Shown here: one piece after another, positions 14,345-27,510 of the stretch
Layout: each line of letters starts with the position of its first letter
Numbering within the stretch: the first letter of the stretch is position 1
Assembly: GCA_951406725.2 (NCBI GenBank)
Contig: OX597818.1
Coordinates: forward strand, 86,862,001-86,926,000
Origin: Octopus vulgaris
Taxonomy: Eukaryota
Direction: 5' to 3'
DNA length: 64,000 bases
Translations under genes and position numbers: made by a program
Notes under the pieces: generated by a model
The model's database searches: none
The model's input: only the letters and a program-made list of their open reading frames with translations
What the model was told of the DNA's origin: nothing

Positions 14345-14652
14345 TGGTACTCCGTCGGTGAAGACGACGTGAGTTCCAGTTGATCCGATCAACGGAACAG
14401 CCTGTTCCGTTGAAATTATCGTGCAAGTTGACTGAGCACGCCACAGACACGCTTGGAACTTAGTTCACAGGGAGAATACGACAAGGCTGGCAATTTGAAA
14501 TACAAGTACAAACTCATTTTTGTCAGCCGAGTAGACTGGAGCAACGTGAAATAAAGTGTCTTGCTCAAGGGCACAACGCGTCGCCGAGGAATCGAACTCA
14601 CTACTTACGGTCGTGGGCCGATTACCCTAACCATTAAGCTTATGCGCCTTCA
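14345..14652 (-). mobile_element. tRNA-derived SINE family E
   Basis: reverse-complement match to 58489-58807. Confidence 0.8.
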
Positions 14653-14746
14653 TCACCACGACCACAACTAAAATCACAACCACCGCCGGTACCATTGCGT
14701 TGGTGTTTCCTTTTCCAGATCGAAACCAGTCCTGCATATTAATACC

Positions 14747-15277
14747 TATTTCTTTATTACCCACAAGGGGCTAAACACAGAGGGGACAAACAAGGACAGA
14801 CATAGGTATTAAGTCGATTACATCGACCCCAGTGCGTAACTGGTACTTAATTTATCGACCCCGAAAGGATGAAAGGCAAAGTCGACCTCGGCGGAATTTG
14901 AACTCAGAACTCAGAACGGAATTTGAACTAGTTTTGTGTTCAGTAACTTTGATCATAGAATTCTGCTTCGACCGAGGGTATGTGACCAGGGGCTAAACAA
15001 CAACATCAGCAAGCTTCATCATCATCGTCACCATCATCGTCATAATACCTATTTTTTTACTACCCACAAGGGGCTAAACACAGAGGGGACAAACAAGGAC
15101 AGACATAGGTATTAAGTCGATTACATCGACCCCAGTGCGTAACTGGTGCTTAATTTATCGACCCCGAAAGGATGAAAGGCAAAGTCGACCTCGGCGGAAT
15201 TTGAACTCACAACATAACGGCAGACGAAATACCGCTAAGCATTTCGCCCGGCGTGCTAACGTTTCTGCCAGCTCGCC
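14747..15277 (-). mobile_element. two SINE family B copies (14747-14928, 15048-15277) plus spacer, within one direct repeat
   Basis: cctgcatattaa at 14731-14742 and 15276-15287. Confidence 0.85.
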
Positions 15278-15488
15278 TGCATATTAAGACCTAAATGAGC
15301 TTGGCAACTATGATGGCAATGTGTGTGTATGTGGAGAGGCAGCATGCCCTTATCTGATGCGGCAAAGTTGAAAGTAAAGAGTCTAAGAGGGGATTTTGTT
15401 CAACAGGGGGTCAATGAGTTAAATAAAGTTGACAAAGCAAATGTCTGTCCTTATTAGATTTGTTTATGGCTTCATTAATTAAGCGGTT

Positions 15489-15524
<36 letters not shown>

Positions 15525-15588
15525 TCATTCTTTCTTCCGTTCTTTGTTGCTTTGTTTCTTTCTTTATCTATACGCTATACTATGTATG

Positions 15589-15633
<45 letters not shown>

Positions 15634-15870
15634 CACACACACGCGCGGTAAAAGTGAAAATTATTAATATATAAATACAAAATACATACATATATGTATG
15701 TGTATGCGTATGTGTATACGTATGTGTGTATAGGTATATACGGGCATACATGCACACGCGCGCGCATATGTAATTACAACATTCGGTTATTGTTTTCATA
15801 CGTGCGTGTCTAAAGGGATATATTGTGTGTCTGAATGTGTGCATAAGTCTATTAAATATATGCATGTATT

Positions 15871-15954
<84 letters not shown>

Positions 15955-16024
15955 ATTGACTGTATCGCTTTCATTACATCCATATACTTGTGCACACCAC
16001 TGCCACGTCGTAAAGATATTTACG

Positions 16025-16081
<57 letters not shown>

Positions 16082-16124
16082 CTACATACACTCAAACCTA
16101 CACAGAGTGTGTAACAGCTGATAA

Positions 16125-16375
16125 TTTTGAAATAGCTGTGGGGAGGAAATGCCTCACCAGGATGGCTTTGAAAGAAGCGGGTCGATGTGTGGGGGGAATA
16201 TGGGAAGGGAAAGAGAGCAAAAAGGCGGGGGTCAGGGTCAGTGTGAAGGTCAAGGATAGGGTGTTCAGGGTCACAGCTGGATGGTGTGTCGGGACGATAG
16301 TGGTAGAAGGGAGGAAGGGAGGGAAGGAGAAATTTAATAATAAGGAATATCTAAACAAATTATGGATACGAAGTT
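16125..16375 (-). mobile_element. possible Penelope-like relic (RT-endonuclease linker)
   Basis: PTHHP..SFPSHIP..SFKAILVRHFL resembles TYHP..FP..NL.D.LVR. Confidence 0.35.
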
Positions 16376-16694
16376 GGGAGAAGAAAAAAAACGACATCGA
16401 CCATGGTGGAGGTGGTGGCAGTTATAGTGATGATAATGATGATGATGATGGTGGTGGAGGTGGTGGCATCGTTGTCGTGTTAAATAATGATGACGAAAAT
16501 GATGATGATTATGATGTTGATGATGATGATGCTAGATATGGCGAAGGCGATGAAAAGAAAGTGGGTTACATATATATTTAGGGATCACAGAGCCCTAAAT
16601 TATGCGTAGTTCCTTATTGTTATTGAAAAGAGATTTTTTTTTCATTTAAATAGCCCTAATCCAGCTTATTGGATTTTATCTCTCTCACACACAC

Positions 16695-16811
<117 letters not shown>

Positions 16812-16861
16812 TACATGTATAGTCACTCACTGAATACATACATACATACACACATGTAATT

Positions 16862-17067
16862 ACTCTTTACTCTTTTACTTGTTTCAGTCATTTGACTGCG
16901 GCCAAGCTGGAGCACCGCCTTTTGTCGAGCAAATCGACCCCGGGACTTATTCTTTGTAAGCCCAGTACTTATTCTATTGGTCTCTTTTGCCGAAACGCTA
17001 GGTGACGGGGACGTAAACACACCAGCATCGGTTGTCAAGCAATGCTAGGGGGACAAACACAGACACG

Positions 17068-17113
<46 letters not shown>

Positions 17114-17575
17114 TACGACAGGCTTCCTTCAGTTTCCGTCTACCAAATCCAGTCACAAGGCTTTGGTCGGCCCGAGGCTATAGTAGAAGACATCTGCCCA
17201 AGGTGCCACGCAGTGGGACTGAACCCAGAACCATGTGGTTGGTTAGCAAGCTACTTACCACACAGCCACTCCTGCGCCTATATTATATATATTCCTTTTC
17301 TTTTACCGTTTACTTGTTTCAGTCATTTGACTGCGGTCATACTGGAGCACCGCATTGAATTGTTTTTGTCGAAATATTCGATTCCAGGACTTATTTCTAT
17401 GCCTAGTACTTACACTTTCGGTACCAAGTATTTTACACACACACACACGTACGCGCGCTCGCGACGGGCTTCTTTCAGTTTCTGTCAACCAAATCCATTC
17501 ACAAAGTTTTGTTCGGTCCGAGGCCAGAGTAGTTGCCCAAGGTGTCACACAGTGGGACTGAACCCGGAGCCATGT
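16862..17575 (-). mobile_element. two tandem SINE family A copies (16862-17278 near intact; 17300-17575 decayed)
   Basis: match to family A. Confidence 0.9.
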
Positions 17576-17732
17576 TATATATATATATATATAAATGTAC
17601 ACACATAAATCTGTAAATGTATATTTGTGTGTGTGTTTGTGGGGGGAATATGCATATATTTATGTATTTATGCAAGTATATGTAGCAGCGTGTGTATCTG
17701 TGTGTGCGTATTTATGCGTGTTGTGTGTGTGT

Positions 17733-17818
<86 letters not shown>

Positions 17819-18368
17819 TGTGATTATGTGAATGCGGAGAATTGGCGGAATCTTTAAAGCTTCGAGTACAATAAGTTTACGGTAATCGTTCCGGGTCTCT
17901 GCACTCTCAGTTCAAGTCCGGCTGAGATCGGCTTTCATGCCTTTCGAGTATGGCAAATAGGATAGTAGTCGAGTACCCGGTACTCGAGTAAATTACCCCT
18001 TCTACACACTTTGTCCGTCCGTCCATCCGTCTGTCTGCCTGTCTGTCTCTTTCTCGACGCTATTATTTAAAGGTCTGGTCGTGTCAGTGTCATGGCAAAT
18101 CGCTCTAAGAATTTACATTAAGACAACACGTGTCTTTGGGATATACATCAACTAACTTCATGCGAATTCCACAAGTAGGAGTTTCACACACACACACATA
18201 CACACGCACCACACATACATACACAAGTTCTTTTTTAGTTTCATTTCTACTGAATCCACTTAGGTCAGTTTACGCTAGAAGACACTGACTTAAAGTACCA
18301 CGCACTGGGGCTGAAACCAACACAGCAGGGCCGGAAAGCAAGCCTCTTAACCACATGGCCACACACAA

Positions 18369-18892
<524 letters not shown>

Positions 18893-18965
18893 ATGCGTGT
18901 GTATGAGTGGAATAGTAATGTTTATCTATTATGTGTACACGTCTGTGTGTAGCTGTGTCTACATA

Positions 18966-19127
18966 AGCGCAGGTGTGGCTGTGTGGTAAGTAGCTTGCTT
19001 ACCAACCACATGGTTCCGGGTTCAGTCCCACTGCGTGACACCTTGGGCAGATGTCTTCTACTATAGCCTCGGGCCGACCAAAGCCTTGTGAGTGGATTTA
19101 GTAGACGGAAACTGAAAGAAGTCCGTC

Positions 19128-19167
<40 letters not shown>

Positions 19168-19386
19168 GTATGTGTGTGTGTGTGTATTTATGTTTGTCCC
19201 CCCCCCCCCAGCATCGCTTGACAACCGATGCTCGTGTTTAAATCCCCATAAATTAGCGGTTCGGCAAAAAGAGACCGATAGAATAAGTACTAGGCTTACA
19301 AAGAATAAATCCTGGGGTCGATTTGCTCGACTAAAGGAGGTGCTCCAGCATGGCCACAGTCAAATGACTGAAACAAGTAAAAGAGT
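18966..19386 (+). mobile_element. SINE family A
   Basis: match to family A. Confidence 0.92.
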
Positions 19387-19544
19387 ATAAGTCTCTACAA
19401 TGTCGCGCGCGCGCGTACACAAGCATACTCACAGACATCGACTGCACAAACATATACAGACCGGTGTATATAGCCTTGTGCGTTACGCACACATACTACA
19501 TGTTAGCGTGTGTGTGTGTTTATATATATATATTTATGTATACT

Positions 19545-19933
19545 CTCTTACTCTTTTACTTGTTTAAGTCATTTGACTGCGACCATGCTGGAGCACCACC
19601 TTTAATCGAGCAACTCGACCCCGGAACTTTTTCTTTTTGTAAGCCCAGTACTTATTCTATCGGTCTCTTTTGTCGAACCGCTAAGTAACGGGGACATAAA
19701 CACACTAGCATCGGTTGTCAAGCAATGCTAGCGGAACAAACACACATATATATATATATATACATATATACGACGAACTTCTTTCAGTTTCCGTCTACCA
19801 AATCCACTCACAAGGATTTGGTCGGCCTGAGGCTATAGTAGAAGACACTTGCTCAAGGTGCCACGCAGTGGGACTGAACCCGGAACCATGTGGTTGGTAA
19901 ACAAGCTACTTACCACACAGCCACTCCTGCGCC
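19545..19933 (-). mobile_element. SINE family A (inverted relative to 18966-19386)
   Basis: match to family A. Confidence 0.92.
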
Positions 19934-20035
19934 TATGTATGTATGTATGTATGTATGTATGTATGTATGTATGTATGTATGTATGTATGTATGTATGAGT
20001 GTGTATGCATAATGCACACACTACACATCTGTATA

Positions 20036-20400
20036 TACGCCGTTGTGTGGTTAGAATTCTGCTTTCCAGTCACATGGTTTCGTGTTCAGGACCACTTTGG
20101 ACTAGTGCCTTCTACTATAAGCACTGGGCCGACCAAAGCCTTTTGAATGGATTTAGTAGGCGGATACTGAAAGAAGCCCGTCGTGTGCCTGTATGTGTGT
20201 GTGTGTGTATTTGTATATGTGTGTGTGTGTGTGTTTGTCCCACTGCCGCTTGGCAACCGGCGTTGGTTTGTTTACCTCCTCGTAAGTTAGCGGTTTGCGC
20301 AAAAAGTGACAGAATGAATAAGTACCAGGTTTAACGAAAATAAATATCTCAATGTGGTGCTGCAGCATGGCCGCACTCTGAAGACTGAAACAAAAGATAA
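20036..20400 (+). mobile_element. older SINE family A copy with CpGs largely retained
   Basis: gggccgaccaaagcc, gcccgtcg, ggccgcac. Confidence 0.85.
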
Positions 20401-20544
20401 AATACTATCTATGTATGTATATTCACGCACATGGATGTTTACATATATGTCTACACATATATAAATATATATACACATATATATATATATATCGTAGTAT
20501 CATATTTATGTACTCGCACCCATACACATACATGCATATGCAAT

Positions 20545-20586
<42 letters not shown>

Positions 20587-20592
20587 GTGTGC

Positions 20593-20627
<35 letters not shown>

Positions 20628-20659
20628 TGCGTGCGTAAATTGTTATTCTTAGTAGTGTC

Positions 20660-20790
20660 AATTTCCAGATCGCAGGTGCGCGCTTTCTAAAGTGTAAGTC
20701 GATTCGATTGGCTGGAGGTGAGCGCAGGCGCGCTGACTTACTGAGCTTCTTCTTCTGCTGCTGGTGGCGGCGGCGACTGACGAGAAGAGA
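20660..20790 (+). promoter_or_regulatory. candidate core promoter/TSS of the Caskin-like gene
   Basis: inverted CCAAT box gattggctg (20706-20714), NRF1-type gcgcaggcgc (20722-20731), E-box caggtg, local CpG/GC peak, then GA-rich leader; SINEs stop here. Confidence 0.55.
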
Positions 20791-23224
20791 GGAGCAGACA
20801 AAGATAGTGAGAGATAGAGAGAGAGAGAAAAGAAAACAAAAAGATAGAGAGGAAAACAGAGAGAGAGAGAGCGAGAAACAAACAGAAAGAGGGAAAGAGA
20901 TAATGGAGATGTCGCTGAGGAGGGAAATGCTAAGCTGTGGGGTCTTAGACACTACATTTATTTTTTCGTACTGAAGGGGATAAAGTTCGGATGTTGCTCT
21001 GTGTTCATTCGGAAGTAGGCTCCCCCAATTTTTGAAAAAAAAAAATATTGTGGGGATTAAACAACAACAACAAAAGCAACAAGACTAAGCTTTGCGTTAA
21101 AAAACTTTTATAATCTTTTTTTTGTTGTTATCCCACCCGTTGCCTCTTCGAATTCCTTCTATCATATTTTCTATGTACCCTGCTTATACGTTACGCTTAT
21201 TTTAAGGTAACGAATTATTGTGGAATACCAGAGAAGTCCTCTACCACCACCACCACCATTAACGCCGAATATAATTGGATTTCTATGCACACTTTGTTAT
21301 AATACAAGTCGATCTGATGTGTGGATATATATATAATTAAACGTCTATATATATATATATATATACAAATGCATATTTTTGTTTTTCTGTTTCGTTCTTC
21401 TTTACATTGTCTCTGGAGTTATTAATGACGACGACAAGGAAGTTATTACAGGTTTTCAAGATTCATAAATAACAACGAAAAATTTCCAAGTATTTTGATG
21501 AAAAGAAAGAAGAAAAAAGTCCTGCAAATAAATAATCCGTAACTTAACGGCGCACTCCTGATAAATACACATACATACACACGCACATATCGATGCACAC
21601 AGACACAATAAACATATTTACTAATAGATACACATGGTAAACGCACGCATTTACAAATAAACAAGTTGATAGACACACATACACACATAGTAGGCATTTA
21701 CAAATAAACGCACACGTTTATAGAGACACACGCACGCATTAATATAACACATTGCTAATTAAACAACTGCATTCAAACACGTTGATTGATACAAACAAAC
21801 ACACACACACCTAGAAGAACACACGTTATATACACACACATACTAGTGTATGTAGATACAAATCTTTATCATTAAAATAAGGAATTTATCAAGACATTGG
21901 AGGGACATAAAAAGTTTCCTTTTTAATAATTCAACTATATTTTTTACATTTGCCGGTCCGATATATTTTTGTTTGGGTTTTCCTCTCTTTTTTTCTTTCA
22001 TTAAGCGGAATGTAAAGAGAGCTGTAGTAAAGAGAGAGGGTTTGGGTTGCGAGTTTTCTGTGTGTGTCACCAACGTGCCCTCCTCCTGCTGCTACCGCTG
22101 CTGCTGCTGCTGTTGTTTCTAGCTGGATACTTTTCTGTGACTAAGTCACACTGCTTGTGGTGCTGCTTCAGTAAAAAAGGTCGTGTGTGTCCTTTGATAT
22201 AATAACAACAAACAGCAACAATAATAATTAATAATATTCTTTCTACCATGGAGAACTGGACTGCTTTCGCCCGCTTTTCCCAACCGCTTTTGACCACTCT
22301 AATTTTACACACTAAACGGAAACCAAGATACCAACAGCTATGTTAAGGGTTTCGGATAATAAACCTTATTTAACACCACCAACTCCGCCGATATTAACGA
22401 TTGCAACATCTCATGTGACACATACATACATACACATGTACTATTTCGAAACTTGAAAAAAAGTTATTTTTATTTTTTTATGGGGGGGTTTATTTCTTTA
22501 CTACAGTAATATATTGGTTTCTTTAAATTTTACCACCTAAATTATATCTTTATATAAATATTAATTCGTAATTTTTGCCTACGATTTCTTTTAAGTACAC
22601 GTCTGCCCCTTCTGGTTCTTATAAAGCATCTTGACCAATTTACCTTGTTAGGTAAATGGTTAAAAACTTCTTGGAATATCTGTGTCTTCAGCCGGAAATG
22701 TATCCACTTCGTCAAGGTTTTCTCCAGGAATTGGGAATATTTTAACAAAACAAAAAATAATAAAACCACCTTACAAGGAAGGAAGTACTCCGCGCATCCA
22801 CCCGCATGTATAAAACACATACACATATACACACATATATAATATATACAAATACATATACACACATACAGACAACATACTAAATGTTTTCCCAATGTAA
22901 TTAAAAAAAACAAAAGTTTTGTAACACGTACTTTATATATACATGCAATAATGTATGTATAATAATATATTTCTTTACAAAATATATATATCTGAAACAC
23001 CTGCATACATATACACCCAACCAAAACTGTTTATATAAATAAATTTTATATATATATATACATATATATATATATAAAATATATTTCTAAACAAAGCATA
23101 TATATATATATATATAAATATATGTAGTGCATTGTGTATAATAATTATACATACATAACACCCAATCTGTGCTATATTTTCTCCACCTACCAAAGTGTGT
23201 ATAGTGAATTAATATTGTTTTACA

Positions 23225-23321
23225 ATGGGAAAAGACCAGGATTTAACCAACGCGATAAAAAACCAGGATATTTCAACTATCCAGAAAATCTTAACCAAGG
23301 CTGTGAGGCCGGTTAAAAACA
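23225..23321 (+). CDS. CASKIN: first coding exon of a Caskin-family (Caskin/ANKS1-like) ankyrin-repeat SAM scaffold protein
   Basis: acaATGG Kozak context; MGKDQDLTNAIKNQDISTIQKILTKAVRPVKN aligns with recalled N-termini of vertebrate CASKIN2 ([25 protein letters not shown]) and CASKIN1 (MGKEQELVQAVK); 97 nt then a consensus gtaagt donor at 23322 in phase 1, as recalled for vertebrate Caskin exon 1. Confidence 0.88.
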
Positions 23322-23884
23322 GTAAGTATATACTTGCTTTTTTCATTGATCCGGAGGAAGGGAGACTCTTCCTTCTCCCACCTCCCTATATGTCTTCTCT
23401 CTGTATTTTGGCACCATCTGTGTATCTATTCTTCATTTATATCTCTTTTTCTCTTTCCCCTATTGTTGTTGTTTCTCGATTAAACCCCTTCAAATATCTT
23501 ATTTTTACACACAGTGCTAAGTTGGTTTTCTAGGTTTTCTATCTATCTAGTTAGCTCGCTAACTATATCTTCTGTCTATCCTGAGTATATAATTTTTTCT
23601 GTCTATCTTGCTATCTAAGTCTTCTGTCTATCCTATCTATATCTTTCTTTTGTCTATCTTATCTACCCCTTTCTTTCTTCTGTCTGTCTATCTACTTCTT
23701 TCTTTCTTCTGTCTATATACCTCTTTCTTTCTTCTGTCTATCTACCTCTTTCTTTCTTCTGACTGTCTATCCACCTCTATCTTTCTTCTATCTATCTATC
23801 TATTCATCCATCCACACACAACTTACCTCTTGAAACCTTTTTCACGTGTCAGACACCACTAGCTTCCTCTTTGTACAAGGTGTG

Positions 23885-23935
<51 letters not shown>

Positions 23936-24204
23936 AAAAGGTGTTCTTTAGCCCTAAGTCAACTCTCATTGACTAAACCTTACATCAAAGAACTTCCCGC
24001 CATGACCATCCCATCATTTTATACGAAAGTTGTCCAGTTCCTTTTTTTTTGTTTATTTTTTCCATCAAGATGGTAATGTACGTTTTGGCTGCTATGTAAT
24101 TTGCACGTTGTGCGACCACCTTAATGTTCTCTCATCTGCTCAGGTATCTTAATTCAATGGGTACTGCTTATGGAATATGTGTATGTATATGAGATTAACT
24201 ATGT

Positions 24205-24245
<41 letters not shown>

Positions 24246-24622
24246 ATGTAGAAGAAAGAATGACTGTATAAAATGTCTTTTAGCTTTCAAACACTGTCCA
24301 TAAATATATATGTGTGTGTGTATGTTAGTAATATCCCCCTCCTTTCTCTCTATACCACGTCTACCTAATTTCAACCACCACCGCTTTTCTACCGCTTCTC
24401 CAGCCCATCAGTCATGTGTATCTGAATATACACAGCACATACGTGTGTGTGATCTGTACAGAATATATACACATACATACACACACACGCATATCTTATA
24501 CGCATGAATTACACACATAACACGCATGAATTTCTCTCTCCTCTCGTCTCTCTCTCTCCATATATACACATTATATATACCCATAGGCACATAAAAATGT
24601 ACACATGGACTATTGCTCTCTT

Positions 24623-24690
<68 letters not shown>

Positions 24691-25769
24691 GTGTGTGTGT
24701 TCATATACGCACACATACGCGCATAAACAAAATACGTTTTATACACATGGACTTACAAACATCTATCTTTTAGATAATATACACGCTATCGGTCTTGTAT
24801 GCGTGAGTTACATGTATTTATAAGCAGAAATATCTGTAAACACATAGATTCACACACACACACGTGTCTACAATATTGTATATACTCACTCGAATGAGAG
24901 AGGCCTCGGCCTGTTAGAAGCAACAGCCAAATTTACCTCAAATCGTAACCTAGCGTTTTGTATATGGATAGGACACATTACAAAGCTAGGATAGTCGTAG
25001 TTGGCATATCTTAAATAAAAGTCTGCTCGATGAGAGCTGACCTGGGGTTAAATAACTATATGTTCTCGTGCAAACGTACGTTTTTGTTCTTTAGACTTAG
25101 GTCAGCCAATTTGAACTGATTACTGTACATGTATATTTGGCGATCAACTCTGATTAAAACAAACATATCGATGATCAAAGGCATCATAGCCATGACCACC
25201 ACTTCCTTTTATGTTTCGTTTTTAGACCATAAGGTGTGATTTGAAGTAAAATTGGCTGCTCTTTCTAACAAGGCACCCGACCACTAAGCCGTCTTCTCAC
25301 TGGTTCATATAGGTATGCGTGTGAATATATATATATTGACTGAATTTACAGAGTGACTTAAGAGCCTAGAATTTCATGTATTAGTATTTAAGAAACCTAT
25401 ATATATATATAACATACGTATATTTAATAAAGTATAGCGTGTTGGTGTATATAAACTAAGATAGGTGGATACCAGCTTGGCAGATTCAGAGTTTGTATTT
25501 AAAGGGGTTCTGGTGTTGAACCCTACCGACTACATTCTAGCACAGTAGCCGTTGCAGGAAATAGATTTATTTGCGAAGTGCCCCTTCGCTCAACATTTCC
25601 ATATCTTTGTGTAACGTGTCCTCCTCGTTGGAGGTATCAACATAGTGTATATATTGACAGGCACATAAACACTTTTGCACACACACACACTTACGTAGGC
25701 ATATAAACATACGCTTACTCTGGCATCATCACATTCATATACACACTTGTACAAGTATATATATATACA

Positions 25770-25967
25770 TACATACATGGTGTTTCTCACATCCATGCTT
25801 ATAACATGTATACTACTGACTTTATAATATATATATATATATATATCTATATATATATACATGATGTTTCTCACATCCATGCTTATAACATGTATACTAC
25901 TGACTTTATAATATATATATACATACATGATGTTTCTCACATGCTTATAACATGTATACTACTGACT

Positions 25968-25975
<8 letters not shown>
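25770..25975. repeat. three-unit tandem repeat (~60-80 bp)
   Basis: tgtttctcacat(ccat)gcttataacatgtatactactgactttataat x3 separated by TA runs. Confidence 0.92.
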
Positions 25976-26022
<47 letters not shown>

Positions 26023-26379
26023 GTTCAACTGCTACCGCCACCTCTACGACTAAAGTCGTTTTTAAACTCCATATATTACTAACCAACACTGATAGTTAAA
26101 CACACTACCAAACATACCAACTGTGACATATACATACACACACACGTAGAGAAACATACGGTTAAATATACACACTACCGCCAAGACCATAGGAATTTAA
26201 ATACACAAATATACACGCGTGCGTGTGTAGTGTATGTGATTGTATGAGTACGCGTGCATGTTTGTATATTTATACATGTGCGTTTGTTTGTAATGTGTGT
26301 ACGTGTATATATTACACATGCTGAGCCATGAGTTACACATACCACCACAAAACAACACAAGCACATCACCTCTTAACTA

Positions 26380-27140
26380 TTAATACCACCAATTACACAC
26401 GCAACCTACCGCCGTCATCGCCACCACGACCGTGACAATTACATACACCACCAGAACTATCAAATTAAATGTATGCTCATCACTAGTAACATCGTCACAA
26501 TTACATACATACATACATATATATAAATACAACTACTCATGGACCAATTACACACATGCACATCGTGACAATTACATATAAATGCTACCGCCACCTTCCA
26601 CTACCGAAGCAGTTGCACACACACACACACATATACACGCTATCATTTTATACATATATACATCTAGTTACACAGATGCACACCACTACCACCACGACTA
26701 TGTATTACACACACACACTCAGCTACCACCACCACTACCGTATGAATTACACACATACTCACGTACAACCACCGCCACCTTTCCTATTGGAAGAAACACA
26801 CGCTCATCATTACCTTAAGAATTACATTCACACACACACGCAATTACATACACAACACTACCACCGTAAGAATTACACACATACACACACATATAGCTAC
26901 CACCACTATTACAATAAGAATTACACACGCGGCGGTCACAACTACTATAAGAATAACACAAACTCCTACACCCAGCCACTAACAGTACTGTAAGAACTAC
27001 ACGCATACACACAACCACTCATGCCAATTACACACAGCCTTCACTACTGTAAGAATTACATACATACACACAGTCAACAATTACGCACACACGAAACACA
27101 AATCACCACGATCGTAACAATTATGCACCGACACCACTAA
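26380..27140. repeat. degenerate minisatellite (aattacacac..accaccac units)
   Basis: more than ten recurrences of aattacac/aattacat at ~40-50 bp spacing. Confidence 0.7.
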
Positions 27141-27478
27141 GTATCATTACTACCACCACTACCATCACCGTGCTAGTTAAATAAACACTATTATTACATT
27201 AAGATTGTGTTGGCGTTAACTGTTCAAGTTACTTTGGTGTTTAAAAGGTGTACCTTCTGATCATGTGACACTTCGTTCTGCGTTCTAACCTCGTCTGGAA
27301 CTGGCCCAAGATTTTAGTTTTAGCCTTTATAAAAATAATAGATGATGTATTTCTGCGCGTACACACACACACACACCGATATCTTAGAATATACGGCAAC
27401 CTACACAAATGTGCCTTGTACTGAAGAATGAATCAAATTTTAAGTGTATTTGAGGACTTTTGTCTCTCGTTTGAGTAA

Positions 27479-27510
<32 letters not shown>

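Noticed and set aside
15988-16581. 197-aa ORF with G/D-rich tail
   Set aside because: Built from a CA repeat, the antisense of a probable Penelope relic and GAT/GGT repeats.
20506-20974. ORFs over the GA-rich promoter/leader region
   Set aside because: Low-complexity (GA)n translation with no homology signal.
23322-23533. C-terminal 70 aa of ORF 23225..23533
   Set aside because: Read-through past a consensus gtaagt donor; similarity to Caskin ends at the donor.
25770-25975. Repeat-spacer pattern resembling a CRISPR array
   Set aside because: Spacers are TA runs, context is eukaryotic and there are no cas genes.
26556-26993. 145-aa His/Thr/Tyr-rich ORF
   Set aside because: Frame of a degenerate minisatellite.
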